NCBI GenBank assembly: GCA_030390025.1
Contig: CM059425.1
Span: 164,364,001 to 164,428,000, forward strand
Direction: 5' to 3'
DNA length: 64,000 nucleotides
Source of the DNA: Squalus acanthias
Taxonomy: Eukaryota
The translations under genes and the position numbers were made by a program. Shown here one piece after another: positions 1-13,469 of this stretch; the stretch's first letter is position 1, and each line of letters opens with the position of its first letter. The notes below the pieces were generated by a model. It worked only from the letters and a program-made list of their open reading frames with translations, did not search any database and had not been told where the DNA came from.

Positions 1-271
1 GGGTAGCAGGTGCATGGGAACACCACCACCTCCAAGTTCCCCTCCAAGTCACACACCATCCTGACTTAGAAGTATATCGCCGTTCATTCATCGTCGCTGG
101 GTCAAAATCCTAGAACTCTACCTAACAGCACTGTGGGAGTACCTTCACCACACGGGCTGCAGCGATTCAAGAAAGCGGCTCACCACCACCTTCTTACAGG
201 TAACTAGGGATGGGTAATAAATGCTGGCCTTGCCAGCGACGCCCACATCCCATAAACGACTAAAACAAAAA
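1..271 (+). mobile_element. CR1/L2-group LINE family B, 3' end
   Basis: End of ORF (KKAAHHHLL) plus aataaatgctggccttgccagcgacgcccacatccc tail and A-rich end, shared with 3072-4174 and 11657-13129. Confidence 0.85.
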
Positions 272-901
272 TTGGGATCCTATTGGCATCATAACACCCT
301 GACTTCCATTTATGGACTGATTCTCATTTTATTGCTTTTAAGTGTTGTTCTAATTCAATATCTTGCTGTATTATTTGGCTTCTGTTTATTAAGTAACCTG
401 TAAATAAAATTAAAGTTTTAGTTTGTATTTATTGGTCTAATGAAATGGTATTTTCCACCTTTTATTGAACCAATAGTAGAAAGGGACAGTTAAATTCTAA
501 TTACACTTGTGATTTGGCCATGAACATTGAGGATTTGTGAATTATCAACAACATCCTGGAGATAACTGCAAAGGTACATTTCAAGAATATACAAGACAGT
601 TTGATATGTGTTCATTTCAAAGGTCTGCTGTTTTCTTCCATTTTATAAACGGCCATATGATCCCCATTGAACGATAGTGCCGCTGTCTCCAAACGAACTT
701 GACCTGTGTATACAGCTGGCCCGCTGTTGAGTGGTAGAACCGCTTCAAAGAACCTTGGATCATCGCTGTGGCGTATGAGAATGCATTTCTCAGCAAATTT
801 TGTCCTTGGATCTGTGCTGGAGGATTGGAGCAAACAGCGGTCTCACTTACGCCGATCGGTGACAATAATGATGATGCAGCAAATTCTGGGCCTAGCAGTG
901 T

Positions 902-2403
902 AACATAGAAACATAGAAGATAGGAGCAGGAGTAGGCCATTCGGCCCCTCGAGCCTGCTCCGCCATTCGATGAGATCATGGCTGATCATCCAAACTCAGT
1001 ACCCTTTACCTGCCTTCTCCCCATAGTCCTTGATACCTTTAGCTTTAAGAAATATATCTAACTCATTCTTGAATCTATTTAATGACTTGGCCTCAACTAC
1101 CTTCTGTGGTAGAGAATTCCACAGGTTCACCACTCTCTGGGTGAAGAAATTCTTCCTCATTTCTGTCCTAAATGGCTTACCCCTTATCCTTAGATTATGA
1201 CCCCTGGTTCTGGACTCTCCGACCATCGGGAACATTCTTCCTGCATCTAGTTTGTCCAGACCTGTCAGAATTTTATATGTTTCGATGATATCCCCTCTCA
1301 TTCTTCTATACTCCAGCGAGTACAAGCCCAATCGAACCAATCTCTCCTCCTATGTCATTCCTGCCATCCCAGGTATCAGCCTTGTGAATCTTCGCTGAAC
1401 TCCCTCCATGGCAAGAACATCCTTCCTCAGATAAGGCGACCAAAACTGCACACAGTACTCAAGGTGTGGTCTCAACTGCAGCAGGACATCCCTGTTCCTA
1501 TCCTCAAACCATTTCGCTATGAAGGCCAACATACCATTTGCCTTCTTCACCGCCTGCTGCACCTGCATGCTTACCTTCAGCGACTGGTGCACAAGGACAC
1601 CCAGGTATCGTTGCACTTCCCCTTCTCCCAATCTATTGCCATTCAGATAATAGTCTGCCTTTCTGTTTTTGACACCAAAGTGGATAACCTCGCATTTATC
1701 CACGTTATATTGCATCTGCCACGCTTCTGCCCACTCACCCAACCTGTCCAAATCATCCTGGAGTTTCTCGGTATCCTCCTCGCAGCACACACTCCCACCC
1801 AGCTTTGTGTCATCTGCAAACTTGGAGATATTACATTTAGTTCCCTTATCTAGATCATTAATGTATATTGTGAATAGCTGGGGTCCAAGGACCGATCCCT
1901 GCGGTACCCCACTAGTCACTGCTTGCCACTCGGAAAAAGACCCATTAATTCCTACTCTTTGCTTTCTGTCCGCCAACCAGTTCTCTATCCAAGTCAATAC
2001 CTTGCCCCCAATCCCATGTGCCTTAACTTTACACGCTAATCTCTTATGCGGGACCTTATCGAAAGCCTTTTGAAAGTCCAAATACACCACATCTACTGGT
2101 TCTCCCTTATCTATTTTCCCAGTTACATCCTCAAAAAATTCCAGTAGATTAGTCAAGCACGATTTACCTTTTGTAAATCCATGTTGACTTTGTCCGATCC
2201 TGTCACTGTTTTTCAAGTGCTCAGCTATTACATCCTTTATAATGGACTCTAGCATTTTCCCCACTACCGATGTCAGGCTTACCGGTCTGTAATTCCCCGC
2301 TTTCTCTCTACCACCCTTTTTGAATAGTGGGGTAACATTAGCTACCCTCCAATCCATGAGTACAGTCCCAGATTCCATCGAATGTTGGAAGATGATCAGC
2401 AAT
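902..2403 (-). mobile_element. HER1-type CR1 LINE (family A), 5'-truncated
   Basis: ORFs 1350-2402 and 996-1340 encode RT (NYRPVSL, GVPQGSVLGP, FADD) and the C-terminus; (ttctatgt)n-type tail at 902-918. Confidence 0.93.
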
Positions 2404-3071
2404 GTTGTAGTTTTAAATTCTGAGGTTAATGCAGTAATTGGCCACTAATAAAAGTTTGTGTATGAGCACTAGCTAAAGGCTAGAATGCTCCTGTCAAAAG
2501 CACTGTGGTTAGATGGGTTTCACCAATTTAATGAGGAAATGCATGTTTGCTGGGAGACTTTGGACAATTGAGTTTATTAGTCCTCTGCTCTTTAATGGTT
2601 CACCTTGCCTGCTGTGCAGTCTGCATAGTTAGAGGGAGGATGTTTAATGTCAGTAGGACTTGACTCTAGGTCCGGCTAATAAAGTCTAAGTTAAAACAAT
2701 GAATAGAATGAAAGGATGGCACAGCTGAGGCTAGGATGGTGCAAATCAGTTTGTTCTTCCTCCCACAGGTTTAATTCTTTCATTATTATCATTGGTGGGG
2801 GTGGACATTTAATAGGTAAAGAGAATTCTTTGTTTTGTGCTAAAAAGTGCTAAAAGGTTTGCATCATCACACAAAGGTAAATAGAGGAGCTGTATGTGTG
2901 AACTGACTGCACTAACTTCATCCTGCATGTTTTAGAGAAATCTACCTGCTCATACAACTGCCAAAGAGATTACATTGTTGTCCACTGAGCATTAAGAAGC
3001 GTTTGTTTGTATATCTTGAGTTTCATTAGAAATGGGTACCAGAAGAATTTCTGGGCTGTCGTTACTTACAC

Positions 3072-4174
3072 AAATCAATGGGAATCAGAGGGAAAACTCT
3101 CCACTGGCTGGAGTCATACCTAGCACAAAGGAAGATGGTTGTGGTTGTTGGAAGCCAATCATCACAGCCCCAGGACATCACTGCAGGAGTTCCTCAGGGC
3201 AGTGTCCTAGGCCCAGCCATCTTCAGCTGCTTCATCAATGACCTTCCCTCCATCATAAGGTCAGTAGTGGGGATGTTCGCTGATGATTGCACAGTGTTCA
3301 TTTCCATTCGCAACTCCTCAGATAATGAAGCAGTCTGTTCCCGCATGCAGCAAGACCTGGACAACATTCAGACTTGGGCTGATAAATGGCAAGTAACATT
3401 TGCGCCACACAAGTGCCAGGCAATGACCATCTCTAACAAGAGAAAGTCTAACTACCTCCCCTTGACATTCAACGACATTGCCATTGTTGAATCCCCACCA
3501 TCAGCATCTTGGGGGTCACCATTGACCAGAAACTTAATTGGATCAGCCACATAAATAATGTGGCTACAAGAGCAGGTCAGAGGCTGGGTATTCTGCTGCG
3601 AGTGACTCACTTCCTGATTCCCCAAAGCCTTTCCACCATCGAGTAGGCTCAAGTCAGGAGTGTGATGGAAAACTCTACACTTGCTAGATGAGTACAGCTC
3701 CAACTCTCAAGAAGCTCGACACCATCCAGGACAAAGCAGCCCCCTTGTTTGGCACCCCATCCACCACCTTAAACATGCACTCCCTCCAGTACCAGCGCAC
3801 CGTGTCTGCAGTGTGTATAATCTACAAGATGCACTGCAGCAACTCACCAAGGCTTCTTTGACAGCACCTCCCAAACCCGTTACCTCTACCACCTACAAGG
3901 ACAAGGGCAGCAGGCGCATGGGAACACCATCAACGCCAAGTTCCCCTCCAAGTCACACACCATCCTGACTTGGAAATAAATCGCTGTTCCTTCATTGTCG
4001 CTGGGTCAAAATCCTGGAACTCCCTCCCTAACAGCACTGTGGGAGTACCTTCACCACACGGACTGCAGCAGCTCAAGAAGGCGGCTCACCACAACCTTCT
4101 CAAGGGCAATTAGGGATGGGCAATAAATGCTGGCCTTTGCAGCAATGCCCACATCCTGTGAATAAATTTAAAAA
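3072..4174 (+). mobile_element. LINE family B, 5'-truncated, decayed
   Basis: RT motifs GVPQGSVLGP and FADD in ORF 3078-3554; family B 3' tail. Confidence 0.9.
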
Positions 4175-5054
4175 TCACCAGTGGAAAAAATGCAAAATAG
4201 GCCACAAGTTTCAGATACTGTACTCCTTCCATCTGACTTTTATTTTTCTAATTTCTGTTGCAAAATTTAGTGAAACCACTGCAGCTTTAACTATCGAGGA
4301 GGTTTAGTTCACTCTGACTTCTTACCTGTAACTTTCCTCTGATTCTACAATTGCCTAACAAAATGAATAATGTGAAGAACTGCATGTTGCCCTACATAAT
4401 TAGTGGGAGGCATTCTCCTCTTGTGTACACCTATTTAATATCTACTACACCTTAAAAGTACTGGAAGATCTTGTTATTTCTGTTGAGCTTCGATTGTTTT
4501 CAGCAGGAAACAACAACTGCACTTTATAACATTACAAGTATAAAAATCTACCTTTCTAATAACATTGAAAGGATATGTTAAAACTGGGATTCTGAGATGT
4601 CCTGAGCATCAACTAAACTGAAATAACAAAACCAGTACATTAATAAAGCTGATTAACCTATATTTGCTATTAAATATTAAATGATTAAATGACTTGATTA
4701 TAAGGTATGAAAATCCTTCACTAAACCACTATTTAAAAGTAAGGTGTGGCAAATAGCATTTCAGTACATTTTGTAAGATAAGAAAGTTAATACATGTTTT
4801 AATATCTGGTTTTGAGAGGAGGCTGATCACTGTAAATCTGATTTACTATCGGCCCATTGTTGAATTGGGCTGTAATCCACATCCATTATGTTTAATCGGA
4901 AATAGCATTCCACTGTTAACAGCTTTACAGCTGAATGCAAGAAATCTAGATGTTAATACTGTTTTAATTGCTAATCCAATTTCTGCATAATTATCAGTGC
5001 ATTGACTCTGGAAGATTGTTAGCTTGAGACCAGGGTCTGGGAGGCTGAACTTAA

Positions 5055-5982
5055 GGGCTGGATGTTCTCAATGGAGACGTGCTGGAGGCGGGACTTCTGG
5101 TTTCCGGGTTTCAGTCCCGCCCCCAGTGACGTCTGACCAACTCACGCTATTTTCCCTTGATTGGCCTTGTTAAGCCTGCCCTGTGGGCTTACAGGCCAAT
5201 TAAGAGAAAGCTGGTGATAGATGACGTCAGCAAATGACGCTTCATCTGTTGAAAATTTTTTGACAGATGAGTTGTCAGCGTTTGACAGCTTTGAGAAGCT
5301 GTCAAACACTCATGGCTGGATTTTGATACTGGGGCGGGCTGGGGGTCGTGTCATCCACTTTTCGTGTTATCCACCCGACTGCAATTGGATGTGGGAGATT
5401 GATGCGATTTTCACCTAATTGGGCAATTGAGTTCCAGCATGCGGGAACCCATGAACCAATTAGTGTTTTCAGTCTGAAAGTCACCTCTGATGATGTCATC
5501 ACTGCTACTGCATTGAAGGTCTGCAAAGACTGCCTGGCTTTTGCTGTGAGAGGACCTGGATGCAAAATGAGCAGCAGCAGCCCCAAGTCTGCTCCCAGAT
5601 ATTTTTGCACCACCATTCCCAGATATGTCTCCCATCCACCACCACTCCCAGATATGTCTCCCATTCACCACAGCCAGCGTCAGCGATCCAAATGTGCTCC
5701 CGCCAGGTTTCACATTCGTGGTTCAGAACAGGCGTGCTTCACGTAGAAAAAGGGTTAAAATCACAAAGGCCTTTCAAAATGGCATTATAGAGGCAATTTA
5801 GTGCTTGTTAAGGGCCATAACAGCCTATCCCGCCTCTAAGAGGCAGGACGGAGGCGGGACCAGCAGACACGATTTAATGAAAATTGCGCAGAGGCAGGCT
5901 TGTGCCCGCCCGCCAGTTTTCGCAATTTTAACCCCCCACACGCCTCCAAACCCACCTCCATGGGTCAATGAAAATCCAGCCC
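5055..5982. mobile_element. Non-autonomous Harbinger-like element / MITE
   Basis: TIR GGGCTGGATGTTC ... GAAAATCCAGCCC; flanks taa/tga. Confidence 0.65.
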
Positions 5983-8339
5983 TGACAATCTCTGTTTTAA
6001 GGTGAGCCCTTGCACACAGACTCACCAAGACCTCTCTCCTCAGCAGAAAGCAGATGGCTGCTGCATCTGAGAATGCAGCAGCCATTCTGTCATCTCTGCC
6101 GTTGAGATGAGGCACCTCCGGATCCCCAAGCGTTGAAGCCTGCAGAAAGAAGCAAAGGTAAGGAAAGTTTTTCCAACTCTTTACACTCACCTCTCATACT
6201 TACCTGTCCACACTTGTTGTACCCATCACTTACCTCTACAGCTGACAGTTCGACCCCTCTCATCCTCGCAAACCCACTGCTCGCCTCGCTGACCCTGGCG
6301 AGGTTTGCAGCCGTTGCGAAGCCCGCAATTGCAGGCGTAAAATGGGGAAAAGCCTCAAAACTGCCTGTTAACTACCTGTTAACAGGCAGTTAATTAGCTC
6401 TAATCCCCTTCCCGCCTCGAAGAGCCAGGTCCCTGCACGACTCAGGGAGCCGCCTCACGGGAAGATGGCACGGAGGCGGGTTGGGAGCGGGGTTGGGCCA
6501 CACTCCCAGTTTCTGCCATTTTCCCAGCAGTCCCGCCTCCCCAGGGCTGGGAAAATTCCCCCCTAAGTCTTTGTTTCCCACCATGAATGACAGCTGTATT
6601 TGTTTGTATATACACCATTTTAATTCCCTTTAATTGATGAAAGACTTGACTTTGACACATTTGGCAGGAAGTCTCTGGGGTAGGGAAGGTGATTGACAGC
6701 TCTATGCTCAGGCAGGGGTATAGCTTGGGGCCTCTCTCTTGGTTCAGTATATCACTGTACCACAGCTCTTGTGGAGGTGATCTTCTGGAGCTCCGTGGGT
6801 TAGTATGAATAGCCACTAATAAGAGTTACAGTAGAGATGCTAGTTAAGGTTTAGCATTATCACTAGAGTTAGCAAAGTGCCACGTCATTTGTTATTTTTG
6901 TATCCAAAGAAGTTTAAAGTTCTGTAAAAATAATGGAAGCTGCTGTATTGTTTACTGCTATTGCTTATCTCTTACTTTTAATAAACCTATTTTGTAGTTT
7001 ATAGCCTAAAACATGGTCAGATAGAGTGTTCATTCTTCCACTTTCCAAAGTCCAGCAGTTCACGAGAGGACTCATGTCATATCCAGGGAGCCAGTGACGA
7101 ATTTCCGTTTGACGTGCTACAATACCAGATATTGTGCGTGTAAATTACACTAATATTTTTGAGGAGCGAGGGTTCGCTTACGGCAATGATCTTTGCAGCA
7201 GAGCACAGGAGAAATATTTTGGTAAAGCCCAAAACATAACAGCGACCAGGGGTGCTCTTACTATAGGAGTGGAACAAAATTGGAATTTTTTGTTCATCAT
7301 GGGAAAAGGAATATAATTAGTCACAGATTATTTTTGTTAATGTTTTATGTTTTCTGGGATAAAGGAATGATAGTCCAACCTTGTAAGATCCTCTCACTTA
7401 TGTGCAGCTTTCCAAAATCCAGTTCCTTGATTATAAAGCTGGATCCTTCTTCCAGAGCTTGTTCATAATCTATATACATTTCTCACAGCCTCATGGATGT
7501 GAACCACAAAACTCATCTGGTGAAGAGTTTGCTTGGCAGTGGGTGGAGCAGGAGGAGGGGATGAAGTGCTGTACAACAGCAGTGCCGCATGACGTGTTCT
7601 TTCAGGGAGGTGTGCATTCACTTGTTGGGAAGGGTGTGGCACTGTGAGCTCATTTCTGAGAGTATTTGGAGTCTGGAAGTGGAGAACAGTAGCTACGCTG
7701 CCAAGAATATGGAAGCTAATGCTGTAGATAGGGATTGAAAAAAGAAGTGAATGTTTTGCAAGAGAAAAGTGGATTAGTGTTACAATGCAAGGTTTCCACA
7801 TCATGCCTCGGAGTTTGTGGTTAATAATCCTGAAAAACCATGCATTTCAAGCTTAAAGGTAGGAAGGGTTCTTGTCTACTTTCTTACTCAAGTTCAATTT
7901 CTCGGCATTCTCCTTAAGCAAGTAGCTGCTCTATTACTTAAGCATTTTGTTAAATTCACATTCCATTGAGTAGTTAATGTACTGTCAGTTCTGGATGTTG
8001 AATCGATCATATTTGTAGTCATTTCGCAGATGAGGTTCTTGTCAATAATTTTAGTGAAAAAGCTAGCACGAGTACAAAACGGGAAATCTTGTTTAGTATT
8101 CACACCAGCTTTTTCATCAAATTAAACAACAAGAGGAATCTCACCCACATTGTTGTAGATATTGTTACTGTGACTTGGGTGTGGTATGCTGTAGAAACTG
8201 GCTTCATTTGTTCAGACATGTTGGTGAAATATTTCATTTATAATGTGAGCAGATTGTGATCAGTAACAAGGTACAATGTGCTGACTGCTAGGCTGAAATA
8301 AAAATTCACTGCAGGAAAATTCTATGCTATCACCCTTCA

Positions 8340-8785
8340 GATGGGTAAGGATCTAGTTTGGTTTGGATCTAGACATCTCCTGAGCAAGGATACTTCGACC
8401 TGAAACATTAACTCTGTTTCTCTCTCCACGGATGCTGCCTGGCCTGCTGAGTTTTTCCAGCGTTTTCTGTTGTTATTTCGGATTTCCAGCATCCGCAGTA
8501 TTTTGCTATCGTACTTTTGTATAATATTGCTTGATAAGTAATCATACATAGCAGCTCTTGAAAATATCAATACAAGATATATACAAGCACACCAATACTG
8601 AAAAAATGTGTCTGATAAGAATCTGGAAAAAAGCTGAAGATTTTGCACAGATGATTTTTGTTCTGTCAACAAGTTACCAGCTCACATTCCAGAGCTGCTG
8701 TGTATGATTACTTCTCAAGCAGCACTATACAAATGTATCCTTGCTCAGAGGTGTCTAGACCCAAACCAAATTACCCCCTTACTTG
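8340..8785. repeat. Old fold-back element with long imperfect inverted repeats, interrupted by a Penelope terminal fragment
   Basis: 8345-8393 plus 8512-8566 is the reverse complement of about 8686-8783. Confidence 0.65.
8396..8511 (+). mobile_element. Penelope-like pLTR 3' fragment (terminus type 2)
   Basis: Near-identical to 63624-63704; flanked by tactt direct repeats (8391-8395, 8512-8516). Confidence 0.75.
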
Positions 8786-9845
8786 CAACTCATCTTCATG
8801 ATGATGGCCTAGAATAGAACTGTTGCCTGTGTTTTTTTCTGTTGATGCCTTGGATCCTAACGTGCAATCCATGTCAATCCTTCATCTTTTTGGCTCCACT
8901 ATCAAAGTTCCAATAACTTTCTCCCTGTGCTTCTTTCAGCACCTGGCTCAATGTTCTCTGTAGTCCCTCCAGCAACCCAGCCCAAACTGATCTAACCTGT
9001 TTCCTGTGCTCCCTTCAGCAACCTGCGCTGCCATACCTCGGAGTCCTTCCCTCCCATTTCCTTCTGGCTCACCCAGTATAGTCCCGGGTCCACACTCAGT
9101 CCTTCCCTAACCATCGGATTTCACTTCAGCTGTTGCTGTGTTTGGCTCTTCTACGGGGCTTGCTCATTGTATTTGTGATCTTGTGACTGAACACAGCTCA
9201 CAATTATTGTCAGCAAGCATAATAGGGGACCCGAACGCAGCAAGATCCAATCAGATCACTCTCCTATCTACCCGTCTTGACTGACTTATGGCCTGCCTAG
9301 TCTGAGTGCTTCTTGGCTGGCTTGCATGATCGCAGTGAATGCTTTCTGCTTGGTTTGCCTGGCCACCCTGAGTGTTGCCAGTTGGCCAGCCCACCTGCTC
9401 ACTTCCCCATTCAGTCCAAGGGGCTCTCGGCCCACCTTGCCTAATTGCTTCCCTGCTCACTCGGCTGTCCAGAATGCATCCTAACCCACCAGCTCGACCA
9501 CCCTCCTACCTTGAGTGCTTCCCAGCCTGCCTACCCCCAGTGCTTCCTGGTCCATATGCTCGCCTGCCTTCTCACTCCAAGAAGATCACCTGCCTCAATG
9601 GGAGATAAAAGTGAGTGAGGTGAAGAAGGAGAATTGAAAGATCGCATGAAGTGAGCGAAAGCAAAAATTGGAGGAGGACAATTGAAAGTGAGAAACGGAG
9701 AGTGAAAGAAAGCAAGAATTGAAGGATGAGAGCAAAAGACAGAGCAGTGAAGCAGAATGAGAATTTAAGGATAGTGACAGAAATAGTTTGCTTTCCTCCC
9801 CTCGAGCCATTGGGAGCTGACTGCAGTCCAACAATACATTATGAT

Positions 9846-10005
9846 AAACGCAACAAACCGTGGATGCTAAAAATCTGAAATGAAAACAGAAAATGATGGA
9901 AACACTCAGCAGGTTAACAGAGTTTACATTTCAGGTCGATGACCTATCACCAGGTCTACAGATGCTGCCTGACCTTCTGACTGTTTCCAGCATTTTCTGT
10001 TTTTA
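9846..10005. mobile_element. Penelope-like type 2 pLTR fragments in inverted arrangement, with a degenerate hammerhead on -
   Basis: Minus arm (ctggtgat aggtc atc gacct gaaa) followed by plus arm cagatgctgcctgacc...ccagcattttctgtt. Confidence 0.65.
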
Positions 10006-10085
10006 ATGCATTATGATAAATGTGATGTAATCTTGAGGTAAGGCTAATGACTCGAATGTCACAGATTTGCATTATCAATACCTTT

Positions 10086-11166
10086 GGGCCCAAAATTTGC
10101 TGGAAAATAATGGGGTGTGAATAACGCATGCCGTTATTAATATGCAAAACGGCCAGCAACTTGCGGCAAGGAAGAGATACCCCGTGCATTGCGAATCACC
10201 ACAAGTTGCTGGTCAATTTGCGCTGCTCCACCGTTACCTTTGCGAAAACGGCATCACATAGGATATATGGCACAGAAACAGGCCATTCGGCCCAACCAGT
10301 CCATGCCGGCGTTTATGCTCCACACGAGCCTCCTCCTGTCTTTCCTCATCTAAATCTATCAGCATAACCCTCTATTCCCTTCTCCCTCATATGCTGACTG
10401 ACATCACATGAGCTTCGCCAGCGCTCTGAGATAGTGCCTCGCTCCTCGGCGTTAGCACCTTAAGAGAGGTGTGTAGCGCCTAATTTAGCGCTCCAATCTC
10501 CTCCAGGGGCGATAGAAGCCAAGTTTGCAGTCGGAGGCGATAATTAACGCCAGGCGCTAAACTTTGTGCCCGGCCGATAATTGCGCCCCAAATGGGGCAA
10601 TACCGAATTTCTCCCCCTAAGTCTCATCCTTAACCTCCCTGCTAGTTTCATGTCGTTGCTGCATTTACACATTAATTGACCACTAAATTCTCCACAGAAC
10701 GTTAAGTCTAGTAATTAATAGCGTAAGTACATTTTTAACGACGTGATAATTGTCAATCAACCTCTCTTGCCCAGAAAGTGACAATTAAAAGTTTGGAGTC
10801 TCATTCCTTCAGGTAGTGAATTGTTGTTGGAGGTTTTTAAAATGTCAAATTTTAAATTAATTTTTTTTTTACTATTCCTTTCTGTCCCTTTTTTTCTCTC
10901 TCTTAATCCAATCTTTCTTTCCTTCTCTTTATTTTTTTGTTCTGTACCTGATTTAGCATTGATTTCTCCCACTCTAATACGCTCTCCTTCCCAGCCCTTC
11001 CTCTGTTAATTTCTTAACGTTAAATCTCACTGATTAAGCAGATACCCCGTTGGTCCTGTCGTTCACCAACTTTGTGGGCAAACATTTTTTGAACTGAAGG
11101 GTGCAGGAACAAGTCTAACTAATGGGGTATGCCAGGACATGCCCCGCTCCAGCAAATTCTGGGCCT
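10086..11166. mobile_element. Harbinger-like MITE containing a CR1 tail (about 10255-10394, -) and an end fragment of another Harbinger (about 10395-10617)
   Basis: TIR GGCCCAAAATTTGCTGG / CCAGCAAATTCTGGGCC; 10395-10617 is the reverse complement of 57442-57667. Confidence 0.75.
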
Positions 11167-11656
11167 TTGTTTTTTGAAGGTAGGAGGCGCAAACAGGTAA
11201 GATTACCACAGTGCCATTTAAGTTGAAAATAAAATGGAGAAGTTGAAATAAATCAAGAAGTTGTAGTTAGGTATCACCAAGTTTGGGTAGACAGATGGGG
11301 AAAAGAGAGAGGGTTAACCAGCTCAGGTTACTGGGCAACCTTGAAGTAGTAACAGCACACAACACCAAATCTGTTTTTCATTTTCTACTTTCCACTGGAG
11401 AAAACAAGCCTTGTAAACCCATGGCCTGGAAATTTCTCCATTGTGGAGGTGTTTCAGGAGTGCTGTTTGTGCAACTACAGAGGAATTAAGGATTTGACCC
11501 AGTTTTGTTGAGTCTCTGCCTTTTTTATGTTTGTAAAATATTCCACTAGAAACACCCGCCTTCCTTTCTATGAACGTAGGGAAATCATGGAACAATGACA
11601 GGATGATATCATCCACCCCAAATCTCATCATTTCTGCTGGACTTGCCCCCTTCAGG

Positions 11657-13129
11657 CCGCGCCTCTAGCCAAGCTGTTCCAGTACAGCTATAACACTGGC
11701 ATCTATCTGACAATGTGGAAAACTGCCCAGGTATGTCCTGTCCACAAAAAGCAGGACAAATCCAACCCGGCCAATTACCGCCCCATCAGTCTACTCTCAA
11801 TCATCAGCAAAGTGATGGAAGGTGTCATCGACAGTGCTATCAAGCGGCACTTACTCACCAATAACCTGCTCACTAATGCCCAGTTTGGGTTCCGCCAAGA
11901 CCACTCGGCTCCCGACCTCATTACAGCCTTGGTCTAAACATGGACAAAGGAGCTGAATTCCAGAGGTGAGGTGAGAGTGACTGCCCTTGACATCAAGGCA
12001 GCATTTGACCGAGTCTGGCATCAAGGAGCCCTAGTAAAACTGAAGTCAATGGGAATCAGGGGGAAAACGCTCCACTGGCTGGAGTCATACCTAGCAGAAA
12101 GGAAGATGGTTGTGGTGATTGAAGGTCAATCATCACAGCCCCAGGACATTGCTGCAGGAGTTCCTCAAGGCAGTGTCCTAGGCCCAACCATCTTCAGCTG
12201 CTTCATCAATGACCTTCCCTCCAACATAAGGTCAGAAATGGGGATGTTCACTGATGACTGCACAGTGTTCAGCACCATTCACAACTCCTCAGATAATGAA
12301 GCAGTCCATGCCCGCATGCAACAAGACCTGGACGACGTTCAGACTTGGGCTGATAAGTGGCAGGTAACATTCGCGCCACAGAAGTGCCAGGCAATGACTA
12401 TCTCCAACAAGCGAGAGTCTAACCACCTCCCCATGACATTCAATGGCATTACCATCGCCGAATCCCCCACTATCAACATCCTGGAACCACAAACTTAACT
12501 GGACCAGCCACATAAATACTGTGGCAACAAGAGCAGGTCAGAGGCTAGGTATTCTGCGGCGAGTTTCTCACCTCCTGACTCCCCAAAACCTTTCCACCAT
12601 CTACAAGGCACAAGTAAGGAGTGTGATGGAATACTCTCCACTTGCCTGGATGAGTGCAGCTCCAACAACACTCAAGAAGCTCGACATCATCCAGGACAAA
12701 GCAGCCCGCTTGATCGACACCCCATCCACCACCTTAAACATTCACTCCCTCCACCACCGGCGTACCGTGGCTGCAGTGTGTACCATCTGCAAGATGCACT
12801 GCAGCAACTCGCCAAGGCTTCTTCGGCAGCACCTCCCAAACCCGTGCCCTCTTCCACCTAGAAGGACAAGGGCAGCAGGCGCATGGGAACACCACCACCT
12901 CCAAGTTACACACCATCCTGACTTAGAGTATATCGCTGATCCTTCATCGTCGCTGGGTCAAAATTCCTGGAACTCCCTACCTAACAGCACTGTGGGAGTA
13001 CCATCACCACATGGACTGCAGCGGTTCAAGAAGGCAGCTCACCACCACCTTCTGAAGGGCAACTAGGGGTGGGCAATAAATGCTGGCCTTGCCAGCGACG
13101 CCCAGATCCCATAAACTAATTAAAAAAAA
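11657..13129 (+). mobile_element. LINE family B, 5'-truncated, RT through 3' tail
   Basis: ORFs 11713-11937, 11971-12498, 12443-13066 (NYRPISLL, DIKAAFDRV, PQGSVLGP); poly(A) at 13122-13129. Confidence 0.92.
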
Positions 13130-13308
13130 GCTTGCATAAAGCAGGCTTCCCTGTCAGTAGCAGTGGATCAAAGTGCAACTAGGAGATTAATTGTGGAACT
13201 ATGCTTTTGCTGATATCCTTGCAATTACTTGGTCGATTTGCTACTTTTTTATCTGCAGCAATCAATGAGCCCTTCAAACTACCTGGCACTAGGGGAGTTG
13301 GAGATAAT

Positions 13309-13425
13309 GGGGATGAATTCAACTTCAATGGGGGCACAAAATGTGTGGTAGGTCGATCCTGTTCTACAGCCAGTCTAATTTTTCTTTCCCATTTTGCACC
13401 CCTGTTAAAGTTGTATTTTACCCCC
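13309..13425. repeat. Small palindromic MITE-like element
   Basis: ggggatgaattcaacttcaatgggggcacaaaatg ... cattttgcacccctgttaaagttgtattttaccccc imperfect inverted repeat. Confidence 0.5.
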
Positions 13426-13469
13426 AACAATCTGTTAAAATCCCATAGAGATTCCTTTATACATTTTAC

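Noticed and set aside
4271..4301. Possible small upstream CAST exon (tttag..GAG|gtttag)
   Set aside because: 31 nt, not phase-symmetric like the other exons, weak donor, no motif support.
5595..5670. Short tandem repeat (cccagatatgtctcccat..caccac) x2-3
   Set aside because: Simple slippage repeat inside a MITE; no unique spacers or further structure.
9000..9830. Pyrimidine-rich then purine-rich stretch resembling an LTR-element gag remnant
   Set aside because: No open frame, LTR, PBS or diagnostic motif that I can identify.
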